Below are positions 24,731 through 34,820 of a stretch of DNA of 64,000 nucleotides, piece after piece; within the stretch, counting starts at the first letter, position 1; every line of letters begins with the position of its first letter. The notes beneath the pieces are model-generated. The model was given only the letters and a program-made list of their open reading frames with translations, was not told where the DNA came from and did no database searches. This stretch comes from Oscillospiraceae bacterium (lineage in GTDB: Bacteria; Bacillota; Clostridia; Oscillospirales; SIG627): positions 10,236-74,235 of the forward strand of contig JAYFRN010000006.1 of the NCBI GenBank assembly GCA_034925865.1, written 5' to 3'. Both the position numbers and the translations under genes were made by a program.

Positions 24731-27190
24731 TCAGCTTCGCATGCCTGTAATATTAACAGGTACTCTTATTTCTGAAATACTTATATTCGTATTTTCAAAA
24801 TCAGTAGCTGAAGGCGCTTTTACTTTTGTTTCAGATGCGCTTTCTAATTCTTTGAAACCGCATAATGCAACTCTCAACACATCGAAAATGCTATCTGCCG
24901 GAATAAATTCAACATTTTGTTTAACTTCTTCGTCGACTTCATCAAGATCATCAAGGTTTTCGATGGGAATTATTATTTTCTTCATTCCGTTTGCATAAGC
25001 AGCCGAGCACTTTTCTCTGAGACCGCCTATAGCAAGCACATTTCCAGTGAGCGTTATTTCGCCTGTCATTGCGATGTCGGTTCTTACGGGCATTTCGGAA
25101 AGAGCCGATACAAGCGCACAGGTCATAGATACTCCTGCGCTCGGCCCGTCCTTTGGCACCGCTCCTTCGGGAAAATGAATATGTATGTCAGTCTTATTAT
25201 AAAAATTTGTATCCTTAATTCCGAACGCTTCGGCATTTTTCCTAATAAGACTTATCGCAGCGTGAGCCGATTCCTTCATAACATCTCCGAGCATACCCGT
25301 TAGCTCAAGCTTACCGGTACCGGGCATGGTCAAAACTTCGACTTTAAGCAATTCGCCGCCGGATTCTGTCCACGCAAGTCCATTTACAACACCGATCTGC
25401 GGAAGCTTTTCAATCTTATCTTTTTTATATTTTCTTTTTTCAAGATAATTGATTATGTCAGCAGACTCAATAGTCAATGTCTGAGCCTCGCCCGAAACAA
25501 TCTTTTTTGCGGCACGGCGGCATATCTTAGCTATCTCTCTTTCAAGATTTCTGACGCCTTGCTCTCTTGTGTAATACTCGATTATTTCTGTAATCGACGC
25601 ATCTGTGAATTTTAAAATCCTTCGATTCAACCCATGACGCTTAACCTGCTTAGGAATTATATGGTTTTTTGCTATTGATATTTTTTCCGACGCAGTGTAA
25701 CCCTTAATGCTAATAATTTCCATTCTATCGAGCAATGCTCTTGGAATGGTCTCAGTAGTATTTGCTGTTGCAATAAACATACAATCCGAAAGGTCAACCG
25801 GTATTTCAATAAAATGATCTCTGAACGCGTGATTCTGTTCACCGTCCAATACCTCAAGCAAAGCCGACGCGGGATCTCCGTGACCGTCATATGCAAGCTT
25901 ATCAATTTCATCAAGTACAACAACCGGATTCAAAGAACCGGCTTGCGTCAAAGCGTTTACTATTCTACCTGGCATACTACCTATATACGTTTTTCTATGT
26001 CCGCGTATTTCCGCTTCATCACGAATACCTCCCAGAGATATACGCACATATTTTCTTTTCATAGCTCTTGCTATTGAAGCGCATATTGATGTTTTACCGA
26101 CTCCAGGCGCTCCGACAAGGCAGATGATCTGTGTCTTCAGTTCAGGAGCAAGCTGTTTTACAGCAAGAAATTCAATGATTCTTTTCTTGACGTCGATTAA
26201 ACCGTCATGATCTTCATTCAATATTTTTTCCGCGGATTTTATATCAAGTCTGTCTTTGGTTTTCTTTGTCCAAGGCAATTCAAGACATGCGTCTATATAA
26301 TTTTTAATAACGGTGGCTTCCGCTGAACCAAACGCCATCTTTGAAAGCTTTTCATTTTCTTTTAAAAGACGGTCTTCAACAGCTTTCGGCAGCTTCTTTT
26401 TTACTATTTCATCGTAAAGCTCATCGGATTCTTCTTCAGGTTCGGTATTTCCAAGTTCTTCTCTTATAACATGAAGCTGCTCACGGAGAAAATAATCGCG
26501 CTGACTTTTATCCATCCGATCATGGACCTTTTTGTTTATGTCCTCTTCGAGCTTTAGTATATCAATCTCTGATTCCAAAATAAGAGAAATCAACTCCGCG
26601 CGTTTTATCGGGTCGAATTCCTCAAGAATTTCTTGTTTGTCTTCATATTTAAACAACACATTAGCGGCGATAAAATCCGAAAATAACCCCGGATCGCTAA
26701 TTGCGTTTATAGCGACAGTCGCCTCTTTTGAAAGCTTCGGAGCAAATTTTAGATATGTATTAAGCCTGTCTATTGCGTTTTTAATTAAAGCTTCTCCGCG
26801 GATACCGCCGTTATCATCAAGCGCTATCGCTTTTTTGATTACATCGGCGTACAATTCTCCGTTTTCATACTTATGAAGCTCCGTCATTTCTGCGCGAGCA
26901 ACTCCTTCCACGATAAGACGGTATTGCTTATCCGGAAGTTTTAAAGCTTGTTTTATTACTGCAATTGTGCCGATTTTATATAGATCCTTTTGTTCAGGAA
27001 TATCTACAGAAGAATCAATTTGTGTCACTATAAATATTTTTTTGTCCGATTCCAGCGCTTTTTCAATAGCTGCGACAGATATTTCTCTCGTAGCTTCGAA
27101 TCCTGTCGGCATATCAGGAAATACTACCATTCCTCGCATTGCAATTACAGGGAGAGTAAAGCTTGTTAATTTTTCTGTATATTTAACCAT
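24731..27190 (-). CDS. lon: ATP-dependent Lon protease (LonA)
   Basis: 819 aa. N-terminal LON domain, AAA+ Walker A GAPGVGKTS, protease active site PKDGPSAGV and catalytic-Lys region TGEITLTG. Confidence 0.93.
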   Translation of the reverse strand: MVKYTEKLTSFTLPVIAMRGMVVFPDMPTGFEATREISVAAIEKALESDKKIFIVTQIDSSVDIPEQKDLYKIGTIAVIKQALKLPDKQYRLIVEGVARAEMTELHKYENGELYADVIKKAIALDDNGGIRGEALIKNAIDRLNTYLKFAPKLSKEATVAINAISDPGLFSDFIAANVLFKYEDKQEILEEFDPIKRAELISLILESEIDILKLEEDINKKVHDRMDKSQRDYFLREQLHVIREELGNTEPEEESDELYDEIVKKKLPKAVEDRLLKENEKLSKMAFGSAEATVIKNYIDACLELPWTKKTKDRLDIKSAEKILNEDHDGLIDVKKRIIEFLAVKQLAPELKTQIICLVGAPGVGKTSICASIARAMKRKYVRISLGGIRDEAEIRGHRKTYIGSMPGRIVNALTQAGSLNPVVVLDEIDKLAYDGHGDPASALLEVLDGEQNHAFRDHFIEIPVDLSDCMFIATANTTETIPRALLDRMEIISIKGYTASEKISIAKNHIIPKQVKRHGLNRRILKFTDASITEIIEYYTREQGVRNLEREIAKICRRAAKKIVSGEAQTLTIESADIINYLEKRKYKKDKIEKLPQIGVVNGLAWTESGGELLKVEVLTMPGTGKLELTGMLGDVMKESAHAAISLIRKNAEAFGIKDTNFYNKTDIHIHFPEGAVPKDGPSAGVSMTCALVSALSEMPVRTDIAMTGEITLTGNVLAIGGLREKCSAAYANGMKKIIIPIENLDDLDEVDEEVKQNVEFIPADSIFDVLRVALCGFKELESASETKVKAPSATDFENTNISISEIRVPVNITGMRS

Positions 27191-27330
27191 TTATATTATT
27201 TCCTTTTTTCATATTGAGCAGAATAAGTCATTTTCTATTATATCAGACAAAAGAATAAAAGACCATAAGTTTTTATTAATTTTCAATTAAATTTTCTGAG
27301 CGGTTAATAGTAAGCGATGTCGTAAAACAA

Positions 27331-27360
27331 AAAAGCGAGCCCCGAGGAGCTCGCTTTTTT
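27331..27360 (-). terminator. Rho-independent terminator after the anchored secreted-protein gene
   Basis: AAAAGCGAGC-CCCGAGGA-GCTCGCTTTTTT. GC stem flanked by an A-run and a T-run, so symmetric. Sits between the 27383 stop and the lon promoter region. Confidence 0.8.
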
Positions 27361-27382
27361 GTTTATTCACTTTTGAATTTAA

Positions 27383-28330
27383 TTATTTAGCTCTTCTTTT
27401 TGCGACAACTACACCTGCAAGGCTAAGAGCAGCAACGAGAGCGAATACAACGGTGGTATCACCGGTGGTCGGATTCGTTGTATCATCTTCTGCAGGTTCT
27501 GTTGCAGTGGGATGAGCATCAGCGTATGCTTTTGCGATCACGGCGTCAGCATCAGTTTCATGAGCAGGCGTAGGAGCCATAGCAGCTCTTCCGGCTGCGG
27601 AATCGTCTGTCTTTATCAAAAGGCAGTCGTACTGAATGTCATTAGCAATGGTATCTTTTGTAGCATAGAGATTAACGGTGATATAAGCAGTTCCTGCGGG
27701 AGCAGTTGTTGCAAAACCAGCGCCGCCATCATATGCATTTCCAGCATTGGCAGTGTCAGAATTGGCAGTGTATTCATAATAGTTGGTATCAGTAGCGGCA
27801 ACAGCTTTGAGATCCTTGTCCCAATACTCAACTTTGAAGCCCATAACTCCTTGAGCGCTGGTCATATTATCAACAAACCAAAGAACGCATTCGGTCTTGA
27901 TCTTTGTTCCTGCTTCAACGGGAATATAAGCTGTTCTTATTCCCATAACGCTGTTGGCATCGGTCTTATCAAATCCGAGAGCAAACTTTCTATACCAACC
28001 ATAAGTAGATTGGAATATTTTCGCATCGGTAAATTCGCTGTCTTTTGATTTAACGAAGCCGTAAGGAAGACTGTCATCAGTAAAGCCCGCGTTTTCAATA
28101 ACACGCATGCCTTTTTCGTCCTGAACAATGGTATCGATATTGGTCGGCATACCGTCGGCGGCAACAGGATATCCTTCGAAATCGGTGTAGAAAATTACAC
28201 CATTGTCTTTGTCTGTCCATGCGATGAACTTAGGATCGGTCGTGGGAGCAGCATATGAGCTGACTGCGATCAGAGCCGAAATCATCATGCATGCAAGAAT
28301 AACGGAAAAAAGTCTTATAGCCTTTTTCAT
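27383..28330 (-). CDS. Secreted protein with beta-rich (possibly carbohydrate-binding-like) domain, Ala/Thr/Pro/Asp linker and C-terminal TM anchor
   Basis: Start placed at MKKAIRLFSVILACMMISALIAVSSYAAP (signal peptide). C-terminus is NPTTGDTTVVFALVAALSLAGVVVAKRRAK. The ORF-track extension to 28396 overlaps the predicted promoter. Confidence 0.7.
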   Translation of the reverse strand: MKKAIRLFSVILACMMISALIAVSSYAAPTTDPKFIAWTDKDNGVIFYTDFEGYPVAADGMPTNIDTIVQDEKGMRVIENAGFTDDSLPYGFVKSKDSEFTDAKIFQSTYGWYRKFALGFDKTDANSVMGIRTAYIPVEAGTKIKTECVLWFVDNMTSAQGVMGFKVEYWDKDLKAVAATDTNYYEYTANSDTANAGNAYDGGAGFATTAPAGTAYITVNLYATKDTIANDIQYDCLLIKTDDSAAGRAAMAPTPAHETDADAVIAKAYADAHPTATEPAEDDTTNPTTGDTTVVFALVAALSLAGVVVAKRRAK

Positions 28331-28367
28331 AGTGAAACCCTTTCTTTTGTACAAAATTTCTATGTTT

Positions 28368-28396
28368 ATTATACCGCATTTAAATTCGTAATACAA
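28368..28396 (-). promoter_or_regulatory. SigA-type promoter candidate for the 27383..28330 gene
   Basis: On the minus strand: TTGTAT (28396-28391), 17-nt spacer, TATAAT (28373-28368). Confidence 0.5.
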
Positions 28397-28433
28397 GAGG
28401 ATTTTTGAATAATTTTAATTTTTTTTAAATTTT

Positions 28434-30230
28434 TTACAGACGAGGTGTGTCAACGCTTTCACATATTGGATATCCCTGGGAAGATCTCTTCGCATTTCCA
28501 ATACCTTCCTGCTCGAACACAACTATATCATTTTCTCCTTTTTTCAAAAGAGCTTCCGGTAAAAAGAGCGTTTTAGTAGGTCCAACATCAAAGTATCTTC
28601 CTAAATTAAAACCGTTTACGAAAACAATTCCCTTCTTAAAGCCCTCTGTTTTAATAAATGTGTGCCCGTCCGGAGCGTCATTCAAAAAAAGAGTCCCTTT
28701 CATAAACGCGGGAAGCATATCCGCACTAAGCTCGGATGACGGAATATACCCGTCATCGGGAATATCGGTCATCGGGCATGTATACACATCCCATTCAAAC
28801 TGATATTGGTAGTCAAGCTTAATACCACCAATAATTCCCTTTCTGTCATATATACCCGAGCCGTAATTTACGCGTCCCATATTCTCTGTCACAATCGTTA
28901 TCAATAATCCGCTCTCAGGTATTTCAGGAAGCTTCAAATGCTTGTTTTGCTCCTCGTCGTTGCGGTATATGGTTTTTAAAAGCTTTCCGTCCGCAAAAAT
29001 ATACGCTCTGTCTCTTATGTCACCAAAGCTCAGTTCTCCGCCCGTGTGCGGCCCGCAAAGGCGTTTTTCGTATACTATATAGCCTGTGTTCTGATCATAT
29101 TTTTCCATTGAATCCGGAAAAGAGGAATGATGAAATCCTGAAATATCTTTAAAACATGATAAAAATGGTTTGGCGCGGTCGAGAATTATTTCTCCGTAAG
29201 CACGTCTTTTATGTTCAGCAGGTCGTTCGGGAAGCTTCACTTTTGTTCTTTCTTTCATCAGTGAACAAAGCTTTGTATATTTTTCAGTATATCCTCCCCA
29301 TTCGCTTATTATGCTGTCATAATCATAGCTTGTTACAGTCGGCATATATTTACCGTCATAGTTCGCACCGTTCATAAACCCGAAGTTTGTCCCGCCGTGA
29401 AACATATAGAAATTAAAGGACGCATTTGCATCCAGCATATCGGCGACTTCTTTTCCGAACGATTCCGTATCGCGTGTATGATGCGGAGCATCAATCGCCC
29501 AGTGATCAAACCATCCGTCCCAAAATTCAGTACACATAGGCGGATCATCCGGTCTGAAACGCTTCAATTCGTCAAAGGCGGCCTTTGCGTTGCTTCCGAA
29601 GTTTGCCGTTTCGTAAACCTCCGGAAGGCTTCCACCCTGGAACGACAGCCTGACAGGACCGTCAGAGGTGAAAAAGAATGTGTCAATTCCATTTTTTAAG
29701 TATAATTCCTTTAATGCGGCAAGATATGACTTATCATTTCCAAAGCTGCCATATTCATTTTCGATCTGCAGCGCTATTACGTTTCCACCGCGTGAATATA
29801 ATGAATCATGTATTAAATCGCAATATTTATTAAGATAATCACGCACATGCGTCATATAAGGCTCCGAATTGCATCTGAGCCTTATGTTTTCATCCTTTAA
29901 CAGCCAAGCGGGAAATCCGCCAAAATCCCATTCGGCACAAATATACGGACCCGGACGGAGAATGACGTACAAACCAACTTCCGATGCCGCTTCAATAAAT
30001 TTTTTCAAATCAAGCATTCCTGAAAAATCGAAACAGCCCTTTTGTGGCTCATGCAGATTCCAGCATGAATATGTCTCCACGGTATTCATTCCGCAGGATT
30101 TCAGCTGTAACAGCCGTTCTTTCCAGTATTCGGGAAACACGCGAAAATAATGAATTGAACCGGATCTGATTATAAATGGATCATCATCGAGATAAAACGA
30201 ACCGTTTTTAATACAAAGATCTTTTTTCAT
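28434..30230 (-). CDS. Beta-galactosidase, glycoside hydrolase family 35
   Basis: Start placed at MKKDLCIKNGSFYLDDDPFIIRSGSIHYFR with SD AAGGAGAGG. The GH35 acid/base motif QIENEYG is present. The ORF-track 5' extension (TTG at 30314) overlaps the pcrA end. Confidence 0.88.
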   Translation of the reverse strand: MKKDLCIKNGSFYLDDDPFIIRSGSIHYFRVFPEYWKERLLQLKSCGMNTVETYSCWNLHEPQKGCFDFSGMLDLKKFIEAASEVGLYVILRPGPYICAEWDFGGFPAWLLKDENIRLRCNSEPYMTHVRDYLNKYCDLIHDSLYSRGGNVIALQIENEYGSFGNDKSYLAALKELYLKNGIDTFFFTSDGPVRLSFQGGSLPEVYETANFGSNAKAAFDELKRFRPDDPPMCTEFWDGWFDHWAIDAPHHTRDTESFGKEVADMLDANASFNFYMFHGGTNFGFMNGANYDGKYMPTVTSYDYDSIISEWGGYTEKYTKLCSLMKERTKVKLPERPAEHKRRAYGEIILDRAKPFLSCFKDISGFHHSSFPDSMEKYDQNTGYIVYEKRLCGPHTGGELSFGDIRDRAYIFADGKLLKTIYRNDEEQNKHLKLPEIPESGLLITIVTENMGRVNYGSGIYDRKGIIGGIKLDYQYQFEWDVYTCPMTDIPDDGYIPSSELSADMLPAFMKGTLFLNDAPDGHTFIKTEGFKKGIVFVNGFNLGRYFDVGPTKTLFLPEALLKKGENDIVVFEQEGIGNAKRSSQGYPICESVDTPRL

Positions 30231-30249
30231 ATGCCTCTCCTTATTTATT

Positions 30250-32730
30250 TTAAATATTTGATTTTTTAAGTTGAGCGTAATTACCCAGCAGTTTCTTTCG
30301 TCCTGCTTTTGCAAAATCGATTACATAAAGCATATCGCCCGCAACCTCGGTCGCTTCAACTATTTCACCGATACCGAACAGCTTATGCTCGATAATATCC
30401 CCTGCGTCGAATTTAGGTGCTTTATTTACATTGATCTTTGGTGATTTTGTATCAGGCAACCGATCATGCTGAGAATTTACGGAAGCTCTGCCGCCAGAGC
30501 CGCCTTTTATTTTACTGCTTTCCGTTCTTTTTGAGTTTTCAAATCGTTGCCCTTCATCGAGGCATTCATAATCTTTGTTTCTTTCCTCCGGACACGAACG
30601 AAAGACCTTGACATTTTTATTATCGCAGTATTCATCGGGTATCTCCGAAGCAAAACGCGAAACCGGATTTCGCGATATGAAGCCGTATAAAAGCCTTGTT
30701 TCGCAGTTTGTTATACAAATGTTTTTCTTTGCACGGGTTAACGCGACATAAAAAAGCCGTCTTTCTTCTTCTATTTCATCCGGAGAATCAACCGATCTCT
30801 GCGATGGAAATATTCCTTCCTCAACAGCGGGAAGAAACACGTAATTAAACTCAAGCCCCTTCGCGCTGTGTACTGTCATTAATACCACAGAATCAGATGA
30901 TTCATCATAATTGTCTATATCCGAAATAAGCGCAGATTCCTCGAGATATGCTGAAAGCGTCGGTTCTTCATGCTTTTCGGTAAAAGAGACGGCGTTTGAT
31001 ACAAGCTCGTTTATATTATCGATCTTGTCTTCGGCTTCTTTTCCGAGCTTGATCAACATATCCATATATCCGCTTTCTTCAATCACTGATCTGAAAAGCT
31101 CCGGAAGGCTTATAATACTTTTCTTCAGACGCATTTTCTCAATAATCTCGCAGAAAGGCGCGAATTTATTCTTCAGCGGTTTCAGCTTTTCGTATTTATC
31201 ACAGTTGCAGATGACTTCATAAAATGTGATTCCCTCTTCTTCTGAAACAGTTAAAGCGGTATTTACCGCGGTATCCCCTATTCCGCGCCTGGGCGTATTG
31301 ATTATACGCATTAAACGAACTGTATCAGAAGGATTTTCGATCACCGCGAGATATGAATGTATATCCTTTATTTCCGCTCTGTCATTGAAACGTGTTCCGC
31401 TCAACAACCTGTGCGGAATTCCGTTCTTAGTTAATACAGTTTCAAGCTCGTTGGAAACCGCGTTGACTCTGTACAGCACGGCAAAATCAGAAAGTTTATA
31501 CTTCCCCGAAGAAACTAGTGTTTTTATTGTATCCGCAATGAACTGAGCCTCCTGCTCACGGTCGGGAAGCCGCTTGATAAGTATTTTATCTCCAGTTTCC
31601 TTATCACACCATAAGATTTTTCCGTGCCTTGATTCGTTATGAGCGATAAGCGCGTTCGCAGCCTCAAGGATGCTCTTTGTCGAGCGGTAATTCTGTTCGA
31701 GCATTATTATTTTTGCTTCGGGATATTCCTTGTCAAAGCCAAGTATGTTTTCAACCACTGCTCCTCTGAATTTATATATACTCTGATCGTCATCGCCTAC
31801 GACCATTAAATTCTTGCATTTCTCCGATATGATTCTAAGAAGAATGCATTGAACCGTATTGGTGTCCTGATATTCATCGACAAGCACATATGAAAACTTG
31901 TTTTGTATGTATTCTCTTGGCTCATTATGATCTCTGAAAAGGATTACTGTCAGCATTATTATATCATCAAAATCCAAAGCATTTGCTTCTTTGAGGCGTT
32001 TTTGATACAGTTCGTATATCTGAGCCATGCCGCGCGCTTTGAAATCCCGTGAAGAAGAGCGTGTCGTAAATTCCTCGTATGAAATCATTCGGTTCTTTGC
32101 GTATGAAATTTTATTTTGCACTTCGCGGGGAACAAACACCTTGTCGTCAAGCTGCAGATTTTTAATACAGGAAACGATCAGCTTTTTTGTGTCATCCGTG
32201 TCGTATATAGAAAAATCCCTGTTATAGCCTATCTGATCTATATACCTTCTCAATATCCTGACGCAGATCGAATGGAAGGTGCCGGACCAGATGTCTTTTG
32301 CAGCCTCTCCCACAAGTATATCAAGCCTTGATTTTATTTCGGCCGCGGCTTTATTCGTAAAGGTTATGGCAAGAATTCTGTGCGGTGGGCAGGGAGAATC
32401 CGCAAAAGGCTTTAATATTCCGAACAACATATTCATATCAGTTATACCCGAAGCGGCAATTCCCTCGAGCATTTTTAATTCTGATTCGGAAACCTCGGGA
32501 TTTCTATTAGAATAATACGCGTCTCCGAAATTAATCAGATACGCTATCCTGTTCACCAAGGCCGTTGTTTTTCCGCTGCCTGCTCCGGCGAGCACAAGGA
32601 CTCTTCCTTTAACGGAATATACCGCCTCTCTCTGCCGGTCATTGAGGAAAGAATAGTATTTATCAAAGAAAACATGTTTGAGTGAATTTACACGCTTTTC
32701 CACAGCGTTCAGGGAATCGTTAATCGTCAT
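30250..32730 (-). CDS. pcrA: ATP-dependent DNA helicase PcrA/UvrD (SF1)
   Basis: 826 aa. Walker A AGAGSGKTT, DEYQDTN, C-terminal Tudor-like FDAGDIIEHKLFGIGEIV. Confidence 0.92.
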   Translation of the reverse strand: MTINDSLNAVEKRVNSLKHVFFDKYYSFLNDRQREAVYSVKGRVLVLAGAGSGKTTALVNRIAYLINFGDAYYSNRNPEVSESELKMLEGIAASGITDMNMLFGILKPFADSPCPPHRILAITFTNKAAAEIKSRLDILVGEAAKDIWSGTFHSICVRILRRYIDQIGYNRDFSIYDTDDTKKLIVSCIKNLQLDDKVFVPREVQNKISYAKNRMISYEEFTTRSSSRDFKARGMAQIYELYQKRLKEANALDFDDIIMLTVILFRDHNEPREYIQNKFSYVLVDEYQDTNTVQCILLRIISEKCKNLMVVGDDDQSIYKFRGAVVENILGFDKEYPEAKIIMLEQNYRSTKSILEAANALIAHNESRHGKILWCDKETGDKILIKRLPDREQEAQFIADTIKTLVSSGKYKLSDFAVLYRVNAVSNELETVLTKNGIPHRLLSGTRFNDRAEIKDIHSYLAVIENPSDTVRLMRIINTPRRGIGDTAVNTALTVSEEEGITFYEVICNCDKYEKLKPLKNKFAPFCEIIEKMRLKKSIISLPELFRSVIEESGYMDMLIKLGKEAEDKIDNINELVSNAVSFTEKHEEPTLSAYLEESALISDIDNYDESSDSVVLMTVHSAKGLEFNYVFLPAVEEGIFPSQRSVDSPDEIEEERRLFYVALTRAKKNICITNCETRLLYGFISRNPVSRFASEIPDEYCDNKNVKVFRSCPEERNKDYECLDEGQRFENSKRTESSKIKGGSGGRASVNSQHDRLPDTKSPKINVNKAPKFDAGDIIEHKLFGIGEIVEATEVAGDMLYVIDFAKAGRKKLLGNYAQLKKSNI

Positions 32731-32754
32731 TTTCTATCCTTATTTATGGGAATT

Positions 32755-32789
32755 GCCTTTCGACGCGCGACAGTCGCGCGTCGAAAGGC
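32755..32789. repeat. Perfect 17-bp/17-bp GC-rich palindrome (hairpin) without U-tract, 24 nt upstream of pcrA start
   Basis: GCCTTTCGACGCGCGAC-A-GTCGCGCGTCGAAAGGC read directly. Flanks are AT-rich, and no T-run follows on the minus (transcribed) strand. Confidence 0.8.
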
Positions 32790-32812
32790 ATCAGGTTGAT
32801 TTGTTTGATTTA

Positions 32813-33697
32813 TCAGAATTCCGAGAGAGCAACCTCACGTTTTTCAGCGAGTGATTTTTCTATGGCATTAAGTACATATACCGGCTTAACAAGATCGTCA
32901 GTTGAAATCGCGGATTTGCCGGTGCGAATCATATCGACAAAATGTTTTACTTCACTTTCATAGATCCCGCCGATGTTCGGATTTTTTACAATGTTGCCGC
33001 CGGCGCCGTATGCGATTGCAATATACTGGTAATTACGGACGAAATTTAGAATAATATCATATTTTGTATATCTGGCAACAGCGGTAAGATGTCCTTCCGA
33101 TGAAGCGAACGCGCTGACTGACAGAATGTCGCTGCCGAAAGCGGTCATAGCCATTTCGACAAGATGCGATCCGTAGAAATACATGCCGCCGTATTCGCTT
33201 TCGAGTTCTGCCGGGAAATTGATTATGCCGCTGTAAAGCTTGCCGACTTTGCCTTCGGCAATTTCAGTTTTCATTTCGAGAAGCTCCGGTGAAAATTTAC
33301 ATCCCGAGCCGCCGATCAGGGGCACCTTGTTTTCAGCGGCAAGAGCAAGCAGTTCACGGGTGTCTTCCACCGAGATGGTGACAGGCTTATCTATGAAGCA
33401 TGGCATTCCGGCCTTGATAAAGGGCTTTGCGAAAGGAAGGTGATATTTTCCGTGACGGGATGTCACCATTACGCAGTCCACAAGCGGAAGCATTTCCTCC
33501 GGCGAGGAAACAATTTTAATTTCAGTTTCCGGGCAGGCCTTTACGATTTCTTCGCTGGGAGACTTTTCAAGAGCGTAAAGAGCGGTGACTCTGAAGTCCG
33601 GATAATTATATTCGCCTTTTTCGTTTTTCGTATTCATGGTCTTTGCAAAGGCCATTGCATGTGAATTTTCTGTTCCGAGTATACCAACGCGATACAT
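32813..33697 (-). CDS. Gfo/Idh/MocA-family oxidoreductase
   Basis: 294 aa. N-terminal Rossmann start MYRVGILGTENSHA and FIDKP motif. Confidence 0.7.
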   Translation of the reverse strand: MYRVGILGTENSHAMAFAKTMNTKNEKGEYNYPDFRVTALYALEKSPSEEIVKACPETEIKIVSSPEEMLPLVDCVMVTSRHGKYHLPFAKPFIKAGMPCFIDKPVTISVEDTRELLALAAENKVPLIGGSGCKFSPELLEMKTEIAEGKVGKLYSGIINFPAELESEYGGMYFYGSHLVEMAMTAFGSDILSVSAFASSEGHLTAVARYTKYDIILNFVRNYQYIAIAYGAGGNIVKNPNIGGIYESEVKHFVDMIRTGKSAISTDDLVKPVYVLNAIEKSLAEKREVALSEF

Positions 33698-33716
33698 TTT
33701 TATTTCTCCTTAATAA

Positions 33717-34820
33717 TTATTTTCTTACAAAATCAGACATTGCATATTTCATGTCCGGCGGGTTCTGGCGGCGTACTTCCTCGTAAATTGCTATCTGCTG
33801 ACGAACCTGATATGGCTTTATGGGAGTATCGGCTCCATTTACGAGCGCGTCATATGTCATTTCGTAATATTTCTGAACAGCTCCCGTAAAAGCGCCGCTT
33901 CCGTCAACGCTGAAGGATTCTTCATGCCAGTTGAGATTTTCAGAGCAATACTTCGGGGTTCCGTCTTCTTTCTTCAGCGGAAGCACGGTAAGCTTTTGTT
34001 CGGAAGCCTCCGAACCAATGAAATACTTCCATTGTATCTGAGACTGTGAAGCTTTGAGTCCGCCGCGTGTTCCTTGAATTTTATATGTATAGGAAGGATA
34101 AGGATCGCTTGAGGATGCGGAAACAATTACAAACGGCTTTCCGGGGAAAGAAAGAACAAGCTTCGCATAATCCTCGGCGTCACCATAACCGTTTGCGTTA
34201 TAAAGACGCGAAAGAACGGCCGGCATATGGTCATAATCGTTTATAAGACTTAAAACCTGATCGAGGGGATGAGGAACGGTATTGTAGAGGTTGCCGGCGT
34301 TAAAGCAAAGAACCGTCTGCCAGTCCCAGCGGCGGAAAAAGCCGCCGAATTGAACGTCTATTTCGATAAGACTGCCGAGCACACCTGAATCCAATATTTC
34401 CTTGATTTTTACAAAGTAAGGAGCAAAACGTGACTGCTGGAAAATATTCATGTATTTTCCGTTCTTTTTTGCTGTCGCGATCATGTCGTCAAGCTCCGCA
34501 ACAGAATGAGAAGCAGGCTTTTCACATACGACGTTAAAGCCATGATTCAATAAATCAATTGTTATAGGAGCATGCTGTTCACTGGTCGTTGAATTGATCA
34601 CAAGATCAATATCTTTTCTTGAGAACAGATCCCTGTAATCGGAATAGATATCACAGCCCGCGCCATATTCGTTCCTGGCGATTTCACGGCGCTGTGCATC
34701 CCATTCAACAACGGCGGCAAGATTAAACTTTTCTTTGCCGGCGTTTGTTTGCAAAAATGCGCCGTGGATATCCCGTCCGCTTCTGCCTTGCCCGAGAATT
34801 GCAACATTGAGCTTTTTCAT
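33717..34820 (-). CDS. Gfo/Idh/MocA-family oxidoreductase
   Basis: Start placed at MKKLNVAILGQGRSGRDIHG (Rossmann). VVCEKP motif. The ORF-track 5' extension to 34916 is non-homologous. Confidence 0.78.
   Translation of the reverse strand: MKKLNVAILGQGRSGRDIHGAFLQTNAGKEKFNLAAVVEWDAQRREIARNEYGAGCDIYSDYRDLFSRKDIDLVINSTTSEQHAPITIDLLNHGFNVVCEKPASHSVAELDDMIATAKKNGKYMNIFQQSRFAPYFVKIKEILDSGVLGSLIEIDVQFGGFFRRWDWQTVLCFNAGNLYNTVPHPLDQVLSLINDYDHMPAVLSRLYNANGYGDAEDYAKLVLSFPGKPFVIVSASSSDPYPSYTYKIQGTRGGLKASQSQIQWKYFIGSEASEQKLTVLPLKKEDGTPKYCSENLNWHEESFSVDGSGAFTGAVQKYYEMTYDALVNGADTPIKPYQVRQQIAIYEEVRRQNPPDMKYAMSDFVRK

Noticed and set aside
27244-27266. CtsR-like heptad repeat upstream of lon (GGTCTTTTATTCTTTTGTC on the minus strand)
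   Set aside because: It does not match the GGTCAAA-NAN-GGTCAAA consensus well, with T-runs in place of A-runs and a poor second heptad. Only an extended -10 (TGATATAAT) is convincing there.
27512-28048. 178-aa Ser/Cys/Ile-rich ORF antisense to the anchored secreted-protein gene
   Set aside because: Low-complexity translation opposite a gene with a clear signal peptide, promoter and terminator. The same reasoning applies to antisense ORFs 43984..44460, 19162..19635, 12386..12802 and 14474..14893.
28331-28396. 5' extension of the anchored secreted-protein ORF
   Set aside because: The extension overlaps the predicted -35/-10 promoter elements. The signal peptide begins at the internal Met (28330).
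30231-30314. TTG-initiated 5' extension of the GH35 gene overlapping pcrA
   Set aside because: The internal ATG at 30230 has an AAGGAGAGG SD and begins the conserved GH35 N-terminus. The extension would overlap the pcrA coding end.
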